A stretch of 64,000 bases of DNA from Phormidesmis sp. (lineage in GTDB: Bacteria > Cyanobacteriota > Cyanobacteriia > Phormidesmidales > Phormidesmidaceae), in NCBI GenBank assembly GCA_041742865.1, contig JBGTNW010000143.1, positions 8,203-72,202 of the forward strand. Direction: 5' to 3'. The notes below the pieces were generated by a model. The model worked only from the letters and a program-made list of their open reading frames with translations. It was not told the origin of the DNA and did not search any database. Both the position numbers and the translations under genes were made by a program. Positions 1-10,625 of the stretch are shown in pieces; within the stretch, counting starts at the first letter, position 1, and each line of letters begins with the position of its first letter.

Positions 1-159
1 TACCTGATGACGACATAGCGGCTTCTTAGCAGCAGCTTTTTAGCGCTCTTTTGCCGCGTTTCTCTAGCGCCGCGCCTTGGCTCAGCTACCATTAACTCAG
101 TAAAGGGCTTATTCAGTTAATGGCTGAACGAGCTGGCGTATGAGTGAGGAGGTCGAGAC

Positions 160-852
160 ATGCACGTTTTGTTTGTAGAAGATGAGCCCAAAATTGCCAG
201 CTTTGTACAGGTGGGTTTGAAAGAGCAAGGCTTCGTGGTGGACTATTGCGATCATGGCGATCAAGCTTACGAAAAAGCCACCGAAAACGAATACGACGTG
301 ATTTTGCTCGACATTATGATGCCGGGTAAAGACGGTTTGTTTATTCTCAAGCACCTGCGGCAGCTAGGACGCAATACGCCAGTGATTTTGGTAACAGCGC
401 GCAATGAGCTAGATGATCGCTTGCAAGGATTGAACCTAGGAGCCGATGACTACATTGCTAAGCCTTTTTTTGTCGAAGAGCTAGTAGCGAGGATGCAGGC
501 CGTTGTGCGGCGCAGCCTAGGAGAGCGGCACAACTTGGTCACCATTGGCCCGTTTAAGCTAGATCGGCTGACGCGAACGGTAATTTGTCAGCGGCAGGGC
601 GAAGCGCAAATGGTGGAGCTGACGACTAGGGAGTTTAATTTGCTAGAGTATTTGATGCGATCTCCCGGTCGAGTCTTCACCCGCACCCAAATGCTAGAGC
701 ACGTTTGGGGCTATGACTTTAATCCCAGCACTAATGTAGTAGACGTGTGCATTCAGCGCCTGCGAAAAAAAATCGACAGCGAAAGCCAAGAGCGCTGGAT
801 TGAAAGCGTTCGCGGCGTCGGCTACCGATTTAGGCAAGCAGAAACGCTATGA
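160..852 (+). CDS. OmpR/PhoB-family response regulator (CusR/CopR-like)
   Basis: Receiver motifs VEDE, LLDIMMP, DDYIAKPF; winged helix with NVVDV...LRKKID and VRGVGY. Confidence 0.93.
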   Translation: MHVLFVEDEPKIASFVQVGLKEQGFVVDYCDHGDQAYEKATENEYDVILLDIMMPGKDGLFILKHLRQLGRNTPVILVTARNELDDRLQGLNLGADDYIAKPFFVEELVARMQAVVRRSLGERHNLVTIGPFKLDRLTRTVICQRQGEAQMVELTTREFNLLEYLMRSPGRVFTRTQMLEHVWGYDFNPSTNVVDVCIQRLRKKIDSESQERWIESVRGVGYRFRQAETL

Positions 853-917
853 AGTTTGAGTAGAATTTGGGCAAGGCTACTCGCACAGAACAGAGGTTTT
901 ATGAACAAGGAAATTGA
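849..917 (+). pseudogene. Internally deleted BrnT-like toxin remnant
   Basis: In-frame translation MKFE*NLGKATRTEQRFYEQGN*: resembles a BrnT N-terminus (MxFEWDxxKA) joined to a BrnT C-terminus (ATxxExxxYE); W codon position is TAG; overlaps start of the next gene. Confidence 0.65.
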
Positions 918-1187
918 GCTAGACATTGAGAAAGATCTAAACGACGACTACAGCCTGAGTATCACTTCTCTCAAATGGCAGGAGGTGTCAGAGGCAAATA
1001 TGTAGACCGTTACCGAGCAGGGACTAACCTCGTTTTGCTAGCACCTGCTGTCGCTAAAGCTTTTCCGACTGAGGCCGATGTAAACGAGGCGCTACGGCTT
1101 CTGATGAAAATAGCTCAGCGCAATCAAAGCAGCTCGCGATCAATTGATGTCAACGACAGAGAAGAGTTGCTTTGTGGTTTGCCATAG
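901..1187 (+). pseudogene. Frameshifted BrnA-like antitoxin
   Basis: ATG 901 gives MNKEIELDIEKDLNDD; a frameshift near 948 continues QPEYHFSQMAGGVRGKYVDRY...VNEALRLL, resembling the small gene usually found after BrnT. Confidence 0.6.
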
Positions 1188-1247
1188 TGAGCTATTGCCA
1201 CTCTTTAAATTGCCTTTAGCTGTAGACGTTTTGGAAATTAGGGCGCG

Positions 1248-1868
1248 ATGAGCGGAAATTTGGCGGATTGGATTACCCAAGTGGTGACTTCGTTTGGCTA
1301 CATGGGCATTGCCTTTATGATGTTTTTGGAAAATTTAATTCCGCCGATTCCGTCTGAATTAGTAATGCCGTTAGCAGGGTTTGCGGCGTCTCAGGGACAG
1401 ATAGATTTGTGGATAGCAATAGCTGCCGGGTCTATTGGCTCAGTGCTAGGCGCATTATTGTGGTACTACATTGGGCTAATTTTAGGACTAGAGCGGCTTC
1501 AGGCTTTGCTGAATCGCTATGGCCGGTGGGTGGGGCTTTCGACTAAAGATTTAGATAACGCCCAGCGCTGGTTTATCAAGCGAGGTTTTTGGACGGTGGG
1601 TTTTTGCCGTATGATTCCGGGCATCCGCACCTATGTGTCTATTCCAGCGGGCATTACCCGAATGGCGCTGGCCTCTTTTTTACTGTATTCGACTGTGGGC
1701 ACGGTCTTTTGGACGGCATTTTTGACGCTGAGTGGCTATTTTCTAGGCAGTCAATATGAGCGTCTTGGCCACTGGATTGCACCGGTTGCCATAGCGGCGA
1801 TCGCCATTGTCATTATCAGCGCCTTAATTTGGATAGCTCGGCGCATTAGCCAGCAAAAGCGGATCTAG
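1248..1868 (+). CDS. DedA/SNARE-associated membrane protein
   Basis: FLENLIPPIPSELVMPLAG and CRMIPGIRTYVSIPAG DedA motifs. Confidence 0.92.
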   Translation: MSGNLADWITQVVTSFGYMGIAFMMFLENLIPPIPSELVMPLAGFAASQGQIDLWIAIAAGSIGSVLGALLWYYIGLILGLERLQALLNRYGRWVGLSTKDLDNAQRWFIKRGFWTVGFCRMIPGIRTYVSIPAGITRMALASFLLYSTVGTVFWTAFLTLSGYFLGSQYERLGHWIAPVAIAAIAIVIISALIWIARRISQQKRI

Positions 1869-2048
1869 TACGTAGTGAGTACTTTAGTGAGCACATCAAT
1901 ACATTCAGATTTGACTAACGCGATTAGAAATGTTGGCCGCTATAATTCAACATATATCAATACACAGACACTGCTACATAGACACGACTAAGCCAATCAG
2001 CATATTTGCACTGAATAGATTATTGATCTCTTACGGGAGAGAATCTGA

Positions 2049-3515
2049 GTGAGGCTAGGGTCTTTTCGCTTACGGATTGCGCTGTTGCTAGTAGCCTTGT
2101 CAGGTGGAACGCTAGTAAGCTTTGGGCTCGTGGCTTGGCGACTGATCTATGTAGCGAAGGTAAGGGTTTTGGATGCCAAGCTTGACAGCCAGTTAAAGCG
2201 GATGGTGGTAGCCCGTGATCCGAAGTGGTGGGAGAGCTTCGGGCAGGAGTTACCGGATGCGTTGGAGACGCAAAGCGATACGCCGATTACGTTTTTGGCG
2301 GTTGACGCGAAGGGTCACACCTTACATTATTCGGTCAGCGGAGCCCAGCTTGGCGATGTCACGATGGAAATTGGGCTATTGCTTTCTAGTTCGTCTGAAA
2401 ATTGGCTAGCGAAAGGCGCAGAAGTATTGACGGTCAATACAACCGTCAATACAACCGTCAATACAACAACAGAGAAGCGGGCTCTCCAAATTTCTACGCG
2501 CAATACCCCGACAGGAAGTTGGCGTATTGGCACAGTTAGGTCTGAAGTGGGGAAAGGAGCGATCGCAATCAGCTTACAAACCATCGATCAAGACATGGTG
2601 GTGATTCGCAATATCTTTTTAGTGGCGATTCCTAGTACGCTGCTGCTGATTGCGATTGGCGCTTGGGTGCTCTCAGGTAGCGCCCTGCTGCCTGTCCGTA
2701 AGCTCACCAGCGTAATTACGCAAATGACTGCAACCGAGCTCGATCAGCAGGTGCCAGTCAGTAGCGCTGATGTGGAATTTGTTGAACTGATTGAGGTGTT
2801 CAATCAAATGCTGACGCGGCTTGAGCGCAGCTTTAAGCAGTCTTCTCGCTTTAGCGGTGATGCGGCGCATGAGCTAAAAACACCGCTAGCGATTTTGCGA
2901 GGGGAGCTAGAGCTAACGATGCAGCAGGCCGAACCCGGCTCGCCGTTGCAGCAAAGCTTGAGTCGTTTGATGGATGAGGTGTCGCGGCTAAGTACGATTG
3001 TGCGCAAGCTACTGCTGCTATCACTAGCAGATGCGGGGCAAATGCGCTTACGCAGAGACAAGGTGGATCTAGGCGAAATTTTGGCGGTATTGCTAGAAGA
3101 TATCGAACTGTTAGCGTCCGACTTGCCGGTAACGGTGACGGTAAAACCGAGACTGTGGGTAAAGGGCGATCGCGATTTACTCACTCAGGTGCTGCAAAAC
3201 CTAATAGACAACGCAATTAAGTATAATTTGCCGGAAGGCTCAGAGGCGCGATCGCTCTCGATTGTTGGACAGCAACGGGGCCAGTATGTATACGTGACAA
3301 TAACTAACGCGTCTAGAAATATTCCAACAGAAGAGCGCGATCGCCTTTTTGATCGTTTTTACCGGGGCGATCTCTCTCGTAATCGCAAACGAGAAGGCTT
3401 TGGTTTAGGCTTGAGTCTATCGAGAGAAATTGCTCGCGCCCACAAAGGTGATCTAGAGCTCGATAGAGCCGCTCCGGGCCAGACCGCCTTTACGCTCAGA
3501 TTGCCTTGCGACTGA
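2049..3515 (+). CDS. HAMP-HisKA-HATPase sensor kinase (CusS/CzcS-like), probable partner of 160-852
   Basis: Two TM segments, HAMP, H-box AAHELKTPL, N-box NLIDNAIKY, F/G boxes FDRFYR and GFGLGLS. Confidence 0.9.
   Translation: MRLGSFRLRIALLLVALSGGTLVSFGLVAWRLIYVAKVRVLDAKLDSQLKRMVVARDPKWWESFGQELPDALETQSDTPITFLAVDAKGHTLHYSVSGAQLGDVTMEIGLLLSSSSENWLAKGAEVLTVNTTVNTTVNTTTEKRALQISTRNTPTGSWRIGTVRSEVGKGAIAISLQTIDQDMVVIRNIFLVAIPSTLLLIAIGAWVLSGSALLPVRKLTSVITQMTATELDQQVPVSSADVEFVELIEVFNQMLTRLERSFKQSSRFSGDAAHELKTPLAILRGELELTMQQAEPGSPLQQSLSRLMDEVSRLSTIVRKLLLLSLADAGQMRLRRDKVDLGEILAVLLEDIELLASDLPVTVTVKPRLWVKGDRDLLTQVLQNLIDNAIKYNLPEGSEARSLSIVGQQRGQYVYVTITNASRNIPTEERDRLFDRFYRGDLSRNRKREGFGLGLSLSREIARAHKGDLELDRAAPGQTAFTLRLPCD
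2433..2468 (+). repeat. In-frame 12-bp tandem repeat x3 (VNTT) in kinase sensor region
   Basis: gtcaatacaacc gtcaatacaacc gtcaatacaaca. Confidence 0.9.
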
Positions 3516-3600
3516 GAGCTGTGCATTGAATCAGTTTTGCACTGATGGGTATAGTCCATTCGTACAGGCTAATATCCAGCTAACTAATATCACATCAATA

Positions 3601-3867
3601 TCACAGGAGTCCGGCGGTGCCTCGACCTAACCAGTAGAGCGAAAACACAATCGTGGTTTCGACGCCGTAGGTCGCCAAGAGAGATTGAAAGAGTTTGCGA
3701 TCGCGCTGCCCAAATAACTCTTGCCAAATCAACCATTTGTTATTGACGTAAGCGATCGTAAATAGCGCTCCGAACAACAGCACCAGCCACTGCGTCACCT
3801 CTGCAAAACCCACTGCAATCACCGCAATTACCAAAGCTACCCCAATGAGGGGCCTAAATCTTTTCAT
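3601..3867 (-). CDS. Small hypothetical membrane protein
   Basis: 88 aa, about three hydrophobic segments, GAGGA upstream of ATG. Confidence 0.7.
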   Translation of the reverse strand: MKRFRPLIGVALVIAVIAVGFAEVTQWLVLLFGALFTIAYVNNKWLIWQELFGQRDRKLFQSLLATYGVETTIVFSLYWLGRGTAGLL

Positions 3868-3902
3868 GGATCACTATCCTCAAACAGTATCAGGTACAGA
3901 CA

Positions 3903-3944
3903 AAAATAGCGTACTGTTAGCCTTCGCCTACAGCACGCTATTTT
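3903..3944. terminator. Intrinsic terminator downstream of peroxiredoxin
   Basis: aaaatagcgt...acgctatttt inverted repeat with A/T tails. Confidence 0.7.
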
Positions 3945-4017
3945 AGTTGGTTTATAAGGTCTACCAACCATTAGAGAACTGGTAGAGAACTCTTATTCGG
4001 TTCGTTGAAGCTTAACT

Positions 4018-4659
4018 CTATTTGTTCGGCTGAGGGGTCATCCGTAGGTAAGGTTTAACTTCAGTCACGCCCTTAGGAAACTTCTTCTTCGCATCTTCGG
4101 TAGAAATAGAGGGCACGACTACACAGTCGTCGCCGTCTTGCCAGTTGCCGGGAGTGGCTACACTGTGATAATCAGTGAGCTGCAAAGAGTCAATCACACG
4201 CAAAATCTCATCAAAATTACGGCCCGTGCTAGCTGGGTAAGTAATGATCAGGCGAATTTTTTTATTCGGATCGATGATGAAGACAGAGCGCACCGTCAGC
4301 GTATTGCCCGTGCTCGATTCAGGGTGTAGCATCCCGTATAGAGTGGCAACTTTTTTGTCATCGTCTGCCAAGATCGGATAGTTGACGGTAGTACTTTGGG
4401 TTTCGTCAATGTCTTTAATCCAGCCTTGGTGAGACTCTACACCATCGACACTGAGCGCAATAGTCTTAACAATGCGCTTTTTAAATTCGTCTTGCAAAGC
4501 ACCGACTAATCCCAGCTCTGTGGTGCATACAGGCGTATAGTCAGCAGGGTGCGAAAAGAGGACAACCCAGCTATCGCCTGCCCATTCGTGAAAATTGATG
4601 TCGCCCAGAGAAGACTTTTGCGAAAAATCGGGGGCGATATCGCCTAGTTGAAGTGTCAT
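4018..4659 (-). CDS. 1-Cys peroxiredoxin (Prx6 family)
   Basis: FSHPADYTPVCTTE active site; YPASTGRNFDEILR; KPYLR C-terminus. Confidence 0.96.
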   Translation of the reverse strand: MTLQLGDIAPDFSQKSSLGDINFHEWAGDSWVVLFSHPADYTPVCTTELGLVGALQDEFKKRIVKTIALSVDGVESHQGWIKDIDETQSTTVNYPILADDDKKVATLYGMLHPESSTGNTLTVRSVFIIDPNKKIRLIITYPASTGRNFDEILRVIDSLQLTDYHSVATPGNWQDGDDCVVVPSISTEDAKKKFPKGVTEVKPYLRMTPQPNK

Positions 4660-4930
4660 GGTTTGAGTTACCTGATTTGATTACTTAAAGGATTACTTAG
4701 AGAGACAGCATATGCTTTGAAAGTTTACTGACAAACCAGCGGCTTGCGCTGACGCTCTACAGAAAACTTCTCAGTAAATTCTGCCACAATCCCCGGTATT
4801 CCGGTCGGGATACAGATGATTGTTTACAGTTTGAGACGATTGCTCTCATAATTTTCCGTAAATTTTTTGCAAAGCACTCGATTAACGCTCAAACCCTTAA
4901 ACTAAAGGCTCAACCTCAAATACAAAGATC

Positions 4931-5695
4931 ATGGTAGATAATTCCTCCCAAAAGCCTTCTGACCAGATTTCTGGCCAGCCGTTGGGCCAAGTTTCTGAGC
5001 CAACGACTAGCCGAGTTTTGCTGGTCGATGACGAACCGGGATTGCGTGAATCGGTGCAGGCTTACCTAGAAGACAGCAATTTTGCGGTCAGGGTCGCGAG
5101 CAATGCCGCAGAAGGCTGGGATTTATTGCAGCAGGAAACGCCTAATGTACTGATTTCAGATATTATGATGCCGCAAGTAGATGGCTATCAGTTTTTGAAG
5201 CAGGTACGAGAAGATGTACGATTTCAGGCACTGCCAGTGGTGTTTTTAACGGCGCGGGGAATGACGAGCGATCGCATCCAAGGCTACAAAGCAGGCGCAG
5301 ATGCCTACCTTGCCAAACCCTTTGATCCTGAAGAACTTGTGGCCATTCTTACCAGCTTGATTGATCGCCGCGCTGCCCAAGCACCTGATCCTTCGGCAAC
5401 GCCCGACATCGCTACGATGGCAAGACAAATCGAAGAAATTAGGGCGTTGCTCACTCAGCGCGGCAGCTTAATTAAGCAAAATAACAGCGGCATTCGCATC
5501 GACTTCACCCCGCGTGAGCAAGATGTGCTCAACCTCGTGGCCGAAGGGCTGATGAACAAAGAAATCGCCAGTCGCCTAGGCACCACTGTTCGCAACGTTG
5601 AAAAATACGTCAGTCGTCTGTTTGGCAAAACCGGCACCAACAGCCGCACAGAGCTAGTTCGCTACGCGCTTGAAAACGGCCTAGTAACGACTTGA
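4931..5695 (+). CDS. ycf29: NarL/LuxR-family response regulator Ycf29/Rre1
   Basis: Receiver domain plus LuxR HTH with GLMNKEIA...RNVEKYVSRLFGKTGTNSRTELVR typical of cyanobacterial Ycf29. Confidence 0.85.
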   Translation: MVDNSSQKPSDQISGQPLGQVSEPTTSRVLLVDDEPGLRESVQAYLEDSNFAVRVASNAAEGWDLLQQETPNVLISDIMMPQVDGYQFLKQVREDVRFQALPVVFLTARGMTSDRIQGYKAGADAYLAKPFDPEELVAILTSLIDRRAAQAPDPSATPDIATMARQIEEIRALLTQRGSLIKQNNSGIRIDFTPREQDVLNLVAEGLMNKEIASRLGTTVRNVEKYVSRLFGKTGTNSRTELVRYALENGLVTT

Positions 5696-5839
5696 TTGGC
5701 TGCCACAATACCGCGTTGACGCTCATTCTAGCTTGCCCGCCCGTCATCGATGATGCGATCGCGGGTGCTGTAATCGCTTGCTAGCAACAGATCTTTTTCT
5801 AGAATATGCTGCAATAACTTGAAGTTAACCTAGCCAATG

Positions 5840-5873
5840 AAAAAAGGGGGTAGACCTTTGCCTACCCCCTTTC
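5840..5873 (-). terminator. Intrinsic terminator of chlH
   Basis: aaaaaagggggtag...ctacccccttt hairpin, T-run on minus strand. Confidence 0.75.
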
Positions 5874-5915
5874 AGTTATTCAATCACATATTCAATCACA
5901 GAACCAAAACACCCT

Positions 5916-8900
5916 TTACTCAACTCCTTCAATTCGGTTCTCAACTTCTTCGTAGAGTTCCTGAAGCCTTTCAATATTCTCATCGCTCGTCTCCCAATAG
6001 CCGCGACCGTTCACCTCTAGCAACGTCGTCACCATCCGGCGAAAAGAGTTGGGGTTCAAATCCATTAGCCGCTTGCACATCTCAGGATCGTTGATGAAGG
6101 TTTCATTGGTGTCTTCATACACCCAATTGTCGACCGCATCAGCCGTAGCTGACCAGCCCATAGTGTTCACCAAGCGGTTGGAGAGTTCTCGAACGCCTTC
6201 GTAGCCATTTGAGAGCATTCCCTCGTACCACTTGGGGTTAAGCAATTTGGTTCGAGCATCTAGGCGGACGGTTTCAGAGAGCGATCGCACCTGCGCATTT
6301 GCAGTTGTCGTATCCGCGATAAAAGAAGCAGGTTTTTTGCCATCTTCTCTCAAACTCGCCACGACCTTAGTCGGGTCAGAGTCAAAGTAATGAGACACAT
6401 CCGTCAACGAAATCTCAGACGAATCGAGGTTTTGAAACGTCACATCCGCTGTCTTTAATGACGCTTCCAACAGCCCCCGAGACTCATCCATTACCCCCGG
6501 ATTATCGCAGTTAAAAGAGAAGGATTTCCGCGCTAAATACATATCGCGCAGCTCTTGTTCTTCTTCCCAACTGCTGTTTTCTACGGCTAGGTTTACATTC
6601 GCCGCATAAGAGCCAGACGCATTTGAGAAAATCCGCGTTGCCGCACTGCGCAGCGTTATCCCAAACTCTTCAGCTTGAGCCATTGCGTGCTTGCGCACGA
6701 AATTCATCGCCAAGGGTTCGTCTGCTTCAGCCGCCATTTTCACCGCCCGATCTAGCAGTGCCATTTGATTTACAAATAAATCCCGGAAGACGCCAGAGCA
6801 GTTAATCACCACATCAATTCGAGGCCGACCTAACTCTTCTAGCGAAATGAGTTCCAGTTTGTTCATCCGGCCTAGCGCATCCGGCACCGGCTTTACCCCA
6901 ACGAACCACATCATTTGGGCTAGCGATTCGCCGTAGGTTTTGATGTTGTCAGTGCCCCACAGCACCGTGGCAATCGTTTCAGGATACGCGCCATCATTTT
7001 CAGCCTGCTGCCTGGCAATTAAGCGATCCACCACAATTTTGGCCGATTGCACCGCCGCCGACGTTGGAATTGACTGCGGATCAAGGGCATGAATATTCTT
7101 GCCAGTCGGCAACACATCCGGATTGCGAATCGGATCGCCACCGGGGCCGGGAAGCACATATTCACCATCTAATGCCCGCAGCAGCGAAGCCAGTTCGTTG
7201 TCGGCAACTACCTGCTTAAGGCAAAACTGAAGATACTCAAATAGAGTCGTCAGTGAATCATCTGCAATGTTTTTGTAGCCCAAATCATGCAGTGCGGTTG
7301 TCCACACCGCCTTGCCGCCACCAAAATTAAACATCGACAGCATGGAGCCTGCCGACACTCGCCCATCATCATTAATTTGTTCTTGCACCATCGCCGCAAC
7401 AGCAGCGCGAACGGCGCTATTAATGTCGTACAGGGTTTGGACATCTTCTAGATTGCCGCGATCGCTGCTCGCATAGATCTGATCAATATCGCGGCCAATA
7501 CTCTCCGCCACAATCCGCTGAAGACTCTTTTTCTCTTCTTCCGGTCGATCAAGACTCGCAATATTCACCAGCGTAGCCACTGCCTCTGCCGCTGTCGGCG
7601 GCTCACCCACCACATGCAGCCCGCAAGGCAAAAGGCGAGACTCAATCTCCATCAGCTTGATGTAGACCTTGCCCACTAGCGTATCGCGCTCTTCCTTACT
7701 CAATCCGCTCGAATCTTCTGCAGGCAGCGCAATATCTTTATCCAAATTGACCTGACGCGCCTTTTCAATAATCGCGTTCACAATCGGAATGCCTCTGCCT
7801 CCTTCTTTAAGCGTTTGATAAGACGCAATCAGTTCGCTCAGCTCTTTGAGTCCCTTATAGAGCCCAGCGTTTTCAGCGGGTGGGGTTAGGTAGCTGATAA
7901 TTTCGGCATAGCCACGGCGCTTAGCGATCGTTGCTTCAGAAGGATTATTCGCGGCGTAGTAATACAGATTAGGTGTATTGCCAATCAAATTGTCGGGATA
8001 GCACTTCGCTGACATTCCCATTTGCTTACCAGGCATAAATTCCAACGAACCATGGGTACCAAAATGCAGCACCGCGTCCGCTTTCCAGATTTTCTCTAGA
8101 TAGGTGTAGTAAGCCGCAAACCCGTGATGCGGACTCGCTGAGCGGGAGAACAATAGTCTCATCGGATCGCCTTCGTAGCCAAACGTCGGCTGCACCCCAA
8201 TAAACACATTCCCAAAAGTCTTGCCATATACCAACAGATTTTGCCCATCGGTATTGAGCTGCCCTGGCGGTGGTCCCCAGTTTTCTTCTAGCCTTTCAGA
8301 ATAAGGCGTCAGCTCTTCGTACTCAGCTACCGACATCTTGTGGGCAATATTCAAGTTTGGGCTATTGAACTGCGCCTGCGCATCATGAATCACCATCTGC
8401 ATCAGCGCTTCAGACGTTTCGGGCATATCTTCAATGCGGTAGCCCTGCGCCTTCATTTCTTCCATAACTCGAAAGATGGAGCCAAATACATTGAGATAAG
8501 CCGCCGTCCCAACATTTCCTTTGTCGGGTGGAAAGCTAAACACTGTAATCGCCAGCTTTTTATCGACGCGGGGCAACTTGCGCAGCCGCGCCCATTTCAG
8601 GGCACGAGTCGAAATCGCCTCTACCCGATCTTGTAGTGTAATTGCTCGACCTGTCGCCCCATCTCGACCCGACATAATAATCGGCTCAATCGCACCGTCT
8701 AGCTCAGGAATCGCCATTTGCAAAGCTACTTGAATCGGATGCAACCCTAAGTCACTGGCCTCCCACTCTTCGGTCGTCTGGAACACCAGCGGCAAAGACA
8801 CCATATAAGGGCGATTCAGCTTTTGTAGGGCTTCAATGGCTTTGGGATGGTCTTGTCTAGCGGGGCCGCCGACTAAGGCAAATCCGGTGAGCGAAACAAC

Positions 8901-9917
8901 CGCATCAACAATAGCTTCGGTCGGATTCAAGGGATCAAAAAAGTAGGCATCGACCGGCTTAGAGAAGTCTAGTCCGCCAGCAAATACCGGAATGACACGC
9001 GCGCCCTTGTATTCGAGCTCCTGCACAATAGAGACATAGTGGGCGTCATCGCCTGTGACCAAGTGCGTCCGCTGCAACACAATACCCACGCAGGGCGCAT
9101 TCGGATTCCGCGCAATCTCAGCAATATCGCTGCGAGAGTCATACCAGTTAAGATATTCTTTCACATCTTCAAACATCGTCGGCGCTAGCGGATGCCAAAT
9201 GCCGATGTCAGGAAAAGTCACCGGCTGCTCGTAGCTCAGCCCACTAGCTTTAGGCGCACCTTCAGGCCGCTGATGGGGCAAGACGTAGCGATCCGCTAGC
9301 ATGAGCAAAAAGTTTTCTAGGTTTTCAGCCGAGCCGCCGAGCCAATACTGAAAGCTCAGCATGAAGTTACGGGCATCTTGGGCTTTTTCAACCGGCAGAT
9401 ACTTCAAAACCTTAGGCAGCGTCCGCAGAAGCTTCAGCATGGCATCTTCAAAACCACTGCCCTGCTTTTGGCGGCGCTTTTTCATAAAGTCGCCAATCAC
9501 GCTCTTAGATTGACCTAGCTGCGCCATATTGAAGCTACCAAGCTTGTTAAGGCGCATCACTTGAGGCATAGATGGAAAAACAACCGCCGCGTCTAGGCGA
9601 TCGCGATGAGGCTTTACCGCCGCTTCCACCTTCTCGGCTAGCTCTTCAACAAAAATCAGCGACCCGATAAAAATATTCGCTGCCGCAATATCGCGCTTAA
9701 AGTCTTCAAAATTGCTTTCGCTGCGCAGCTCTTCGATTAGATAGCCGCTAATTTCTACAGCGATTTGAGGATTGTTTTCATTAATAGAATGCACCGCCGC
9801 TGATAAAGAGCTTTGGTACTGAGGCTCGAGTACGACATAGACCACCTTAACCAGAGAGCGATCGCCCAATTCCTTCGGGACAACGTGTCTGACAGTGGGC
9901 CGAACCTGAGTAAACAT
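5916..9917 (-). CDS. chlH: Magnesium chelatase subunit H
   Basis: ~1333 aa; [50 protein letters not shown]; start probably at MFTQVRP. Confidence 0.98.
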   Translation of the reverse strand: MFTQVRPTVRHVVPKELGDRSLVKVVYVVLEPQYQSSLSAAVHSINENNPQIAVEISGYLIEELRSESNFEDFKRDIAAANIFIGSLIFVEELAEKVEAAVKPHRDRLDAAVVFPSMPQVMRLNKLGSFNMAQLGQSKSVIGDFMKKRRQKQGSGFEDAMLKLLRTLPKVLKYLPVEKAQDARNFMLSFQYWLGGSAENLENFLLMLADRYVLPHQRPEGAPKASGLSYEQPVTFPDIGIWHPLAPTMFEDVKEYLNWYDSRSDIAEIARNPNAPCVGIVLQRTHLVTGDDAHYVSIVQELEYKGARVIPVFAGGLDFSKPVDAYFFDPLNPTEAIVDAVVSLTGFALVGGPARQDHPKAIEALQKLNRPYMVSLPLVFQTTEEWEASDLGLHPIQVALQMAIPELDGAIEPIIMSGRDGATGRAITLQDRVEAISTRALKWARLRKLPRVDKKLAITVFSFPPDKGNVGTAAYLNVFGSIFRVMEEMKAQGYRIEDMPETSEALMQMVIHDAQAQFNSPNLNIAHKMSVAEYEELTPYSERLEENWGPPPGQLNTDGQNLLVYGKTFGNVFIGVQPTFGYEGDPMRLLFSRSASPHHGFAAYYTYLEKIWKADAVLHFGTHGSLEFMPGKQMGMSAKCYPDNLIGNTPNLYYYAANNPSEATIAKRRGYAEIISYLTPPAENAGLYKGLKELSELIASYQTLKEGGRGIPIVNAIIEKARQVNLDKDIALPAEDSSGLSKEERDTLVGKVYIKLMEIESRLLPCGLHVVGEPPTAAEAVATLVNIASLDRPEEEKKSLQRIVAESIGRDIDQIYASSDRGNLEDVQTLYDINSAVRAAVAAMVQEQINDDGRVSAGSMLSMFNFGGGKAVWTTALHDLGYKNIADDSLTTLFEYLQFCLKQVVADNELASLLRALDGEYVLPGPGGDPIRNPDVLPTGKNIHALDPQSIPTSAAVQSAKIVVDRLIARQQAENDGAYPETIATVLWGTDNIKTYGESLAQMMWFVGVKPVPDALGRMNKLELISLEELGRPRIDVVINCSGVFRDLFVNQMALLDRAVKMAAEADEPLAMNFVRKHAMAQAEEFGITLRSAATRIFSNASGSYAANVNLAVENSSWEEEQELRDMYLARKSFSFNCDNPGVMDESRGLLEASLKTADVTFQNLDSSEISLTDVSHYFDSDPTKVVASLREDGKKPASFIADTTTANAQVRSLSETVRLDARTKLLNPKWYEGMLSNGYEGVRELSNRLVNTMGWSATADAVDNWVYEDTNETFINDPEMCKRLMDLNPNSFRRMVTTLLEVNGRGYWETSDENIERLQELYEEVENRIEGVE

Positions 9918-10509
9918 GCGCAATGGACTCCTAAGACAACAGTTCGGACAAAGCCTTACAACTTAATGTGCATTAATTGTGCATTAATTGTGCATAATGT
10001 GCAGCCAAAACCCGAAATTAAAAGAAATATTTCTTAACGAAACGAAACGTTTACAAAACTATTTAATTGAGGTAGCCATGGCTTGATCAAGCCCATTAAC
10101 AGACCTCAAATTAATTTTCATTCACCTAAAGTTTTAACAGAAAACCTCGATCATCACAGGGATTAAGGGCTTCATGCGACAAAAATTGACATACTTCTAT
10201 CTCTAAGATGCATCTAGATCAGTAAGTCTTTTTGAGCAATTACTCTTGCCTATCACTTACATAAGCTAAGGCTATTTAAGTTAACAAAACAATTAAAATG
10301 AGATTTTCCAGCCATTAATGTTAAGTAACTTTAATCAAGTCGTTTTGCCGTTAGTAGCCTCAAAAGAACTCAAAAAGTGACTGGCTCATCCATTAAATGG
10401 CTTATCTAAACCGCGTATCATTCTAAGCCTATCCATATTTTTACCTAAAAGTTACTTACAAGCTCAGTGAAAGCTCAGCGCTCAAACCTGCTTAGAGCCG
10501 AAGCCTCCG

Positions 10510-10525
10510 GTTCGGTAACCCCCCC
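10510..10525 (+). promoter_or_regulatory. K-box / Rre1-type site upstream of dnaK
   Basis: GTTCGGTAACCCCCCC has one mismatch to the cyanobacterial K-box GTTCGG-NNAN-CCNNAC; ~100 bp upstream of dnaK. Confidence 0.55.
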
Positions 10526-10625
10526 TTCAGCAAACCACCCCCCATTGAGCACTATAGATATAACCTTTACAAAGCAAAGTACAGATCATTAGTTATTCAT
10601 CATTTATATCTCGGAGCAAACGCAC

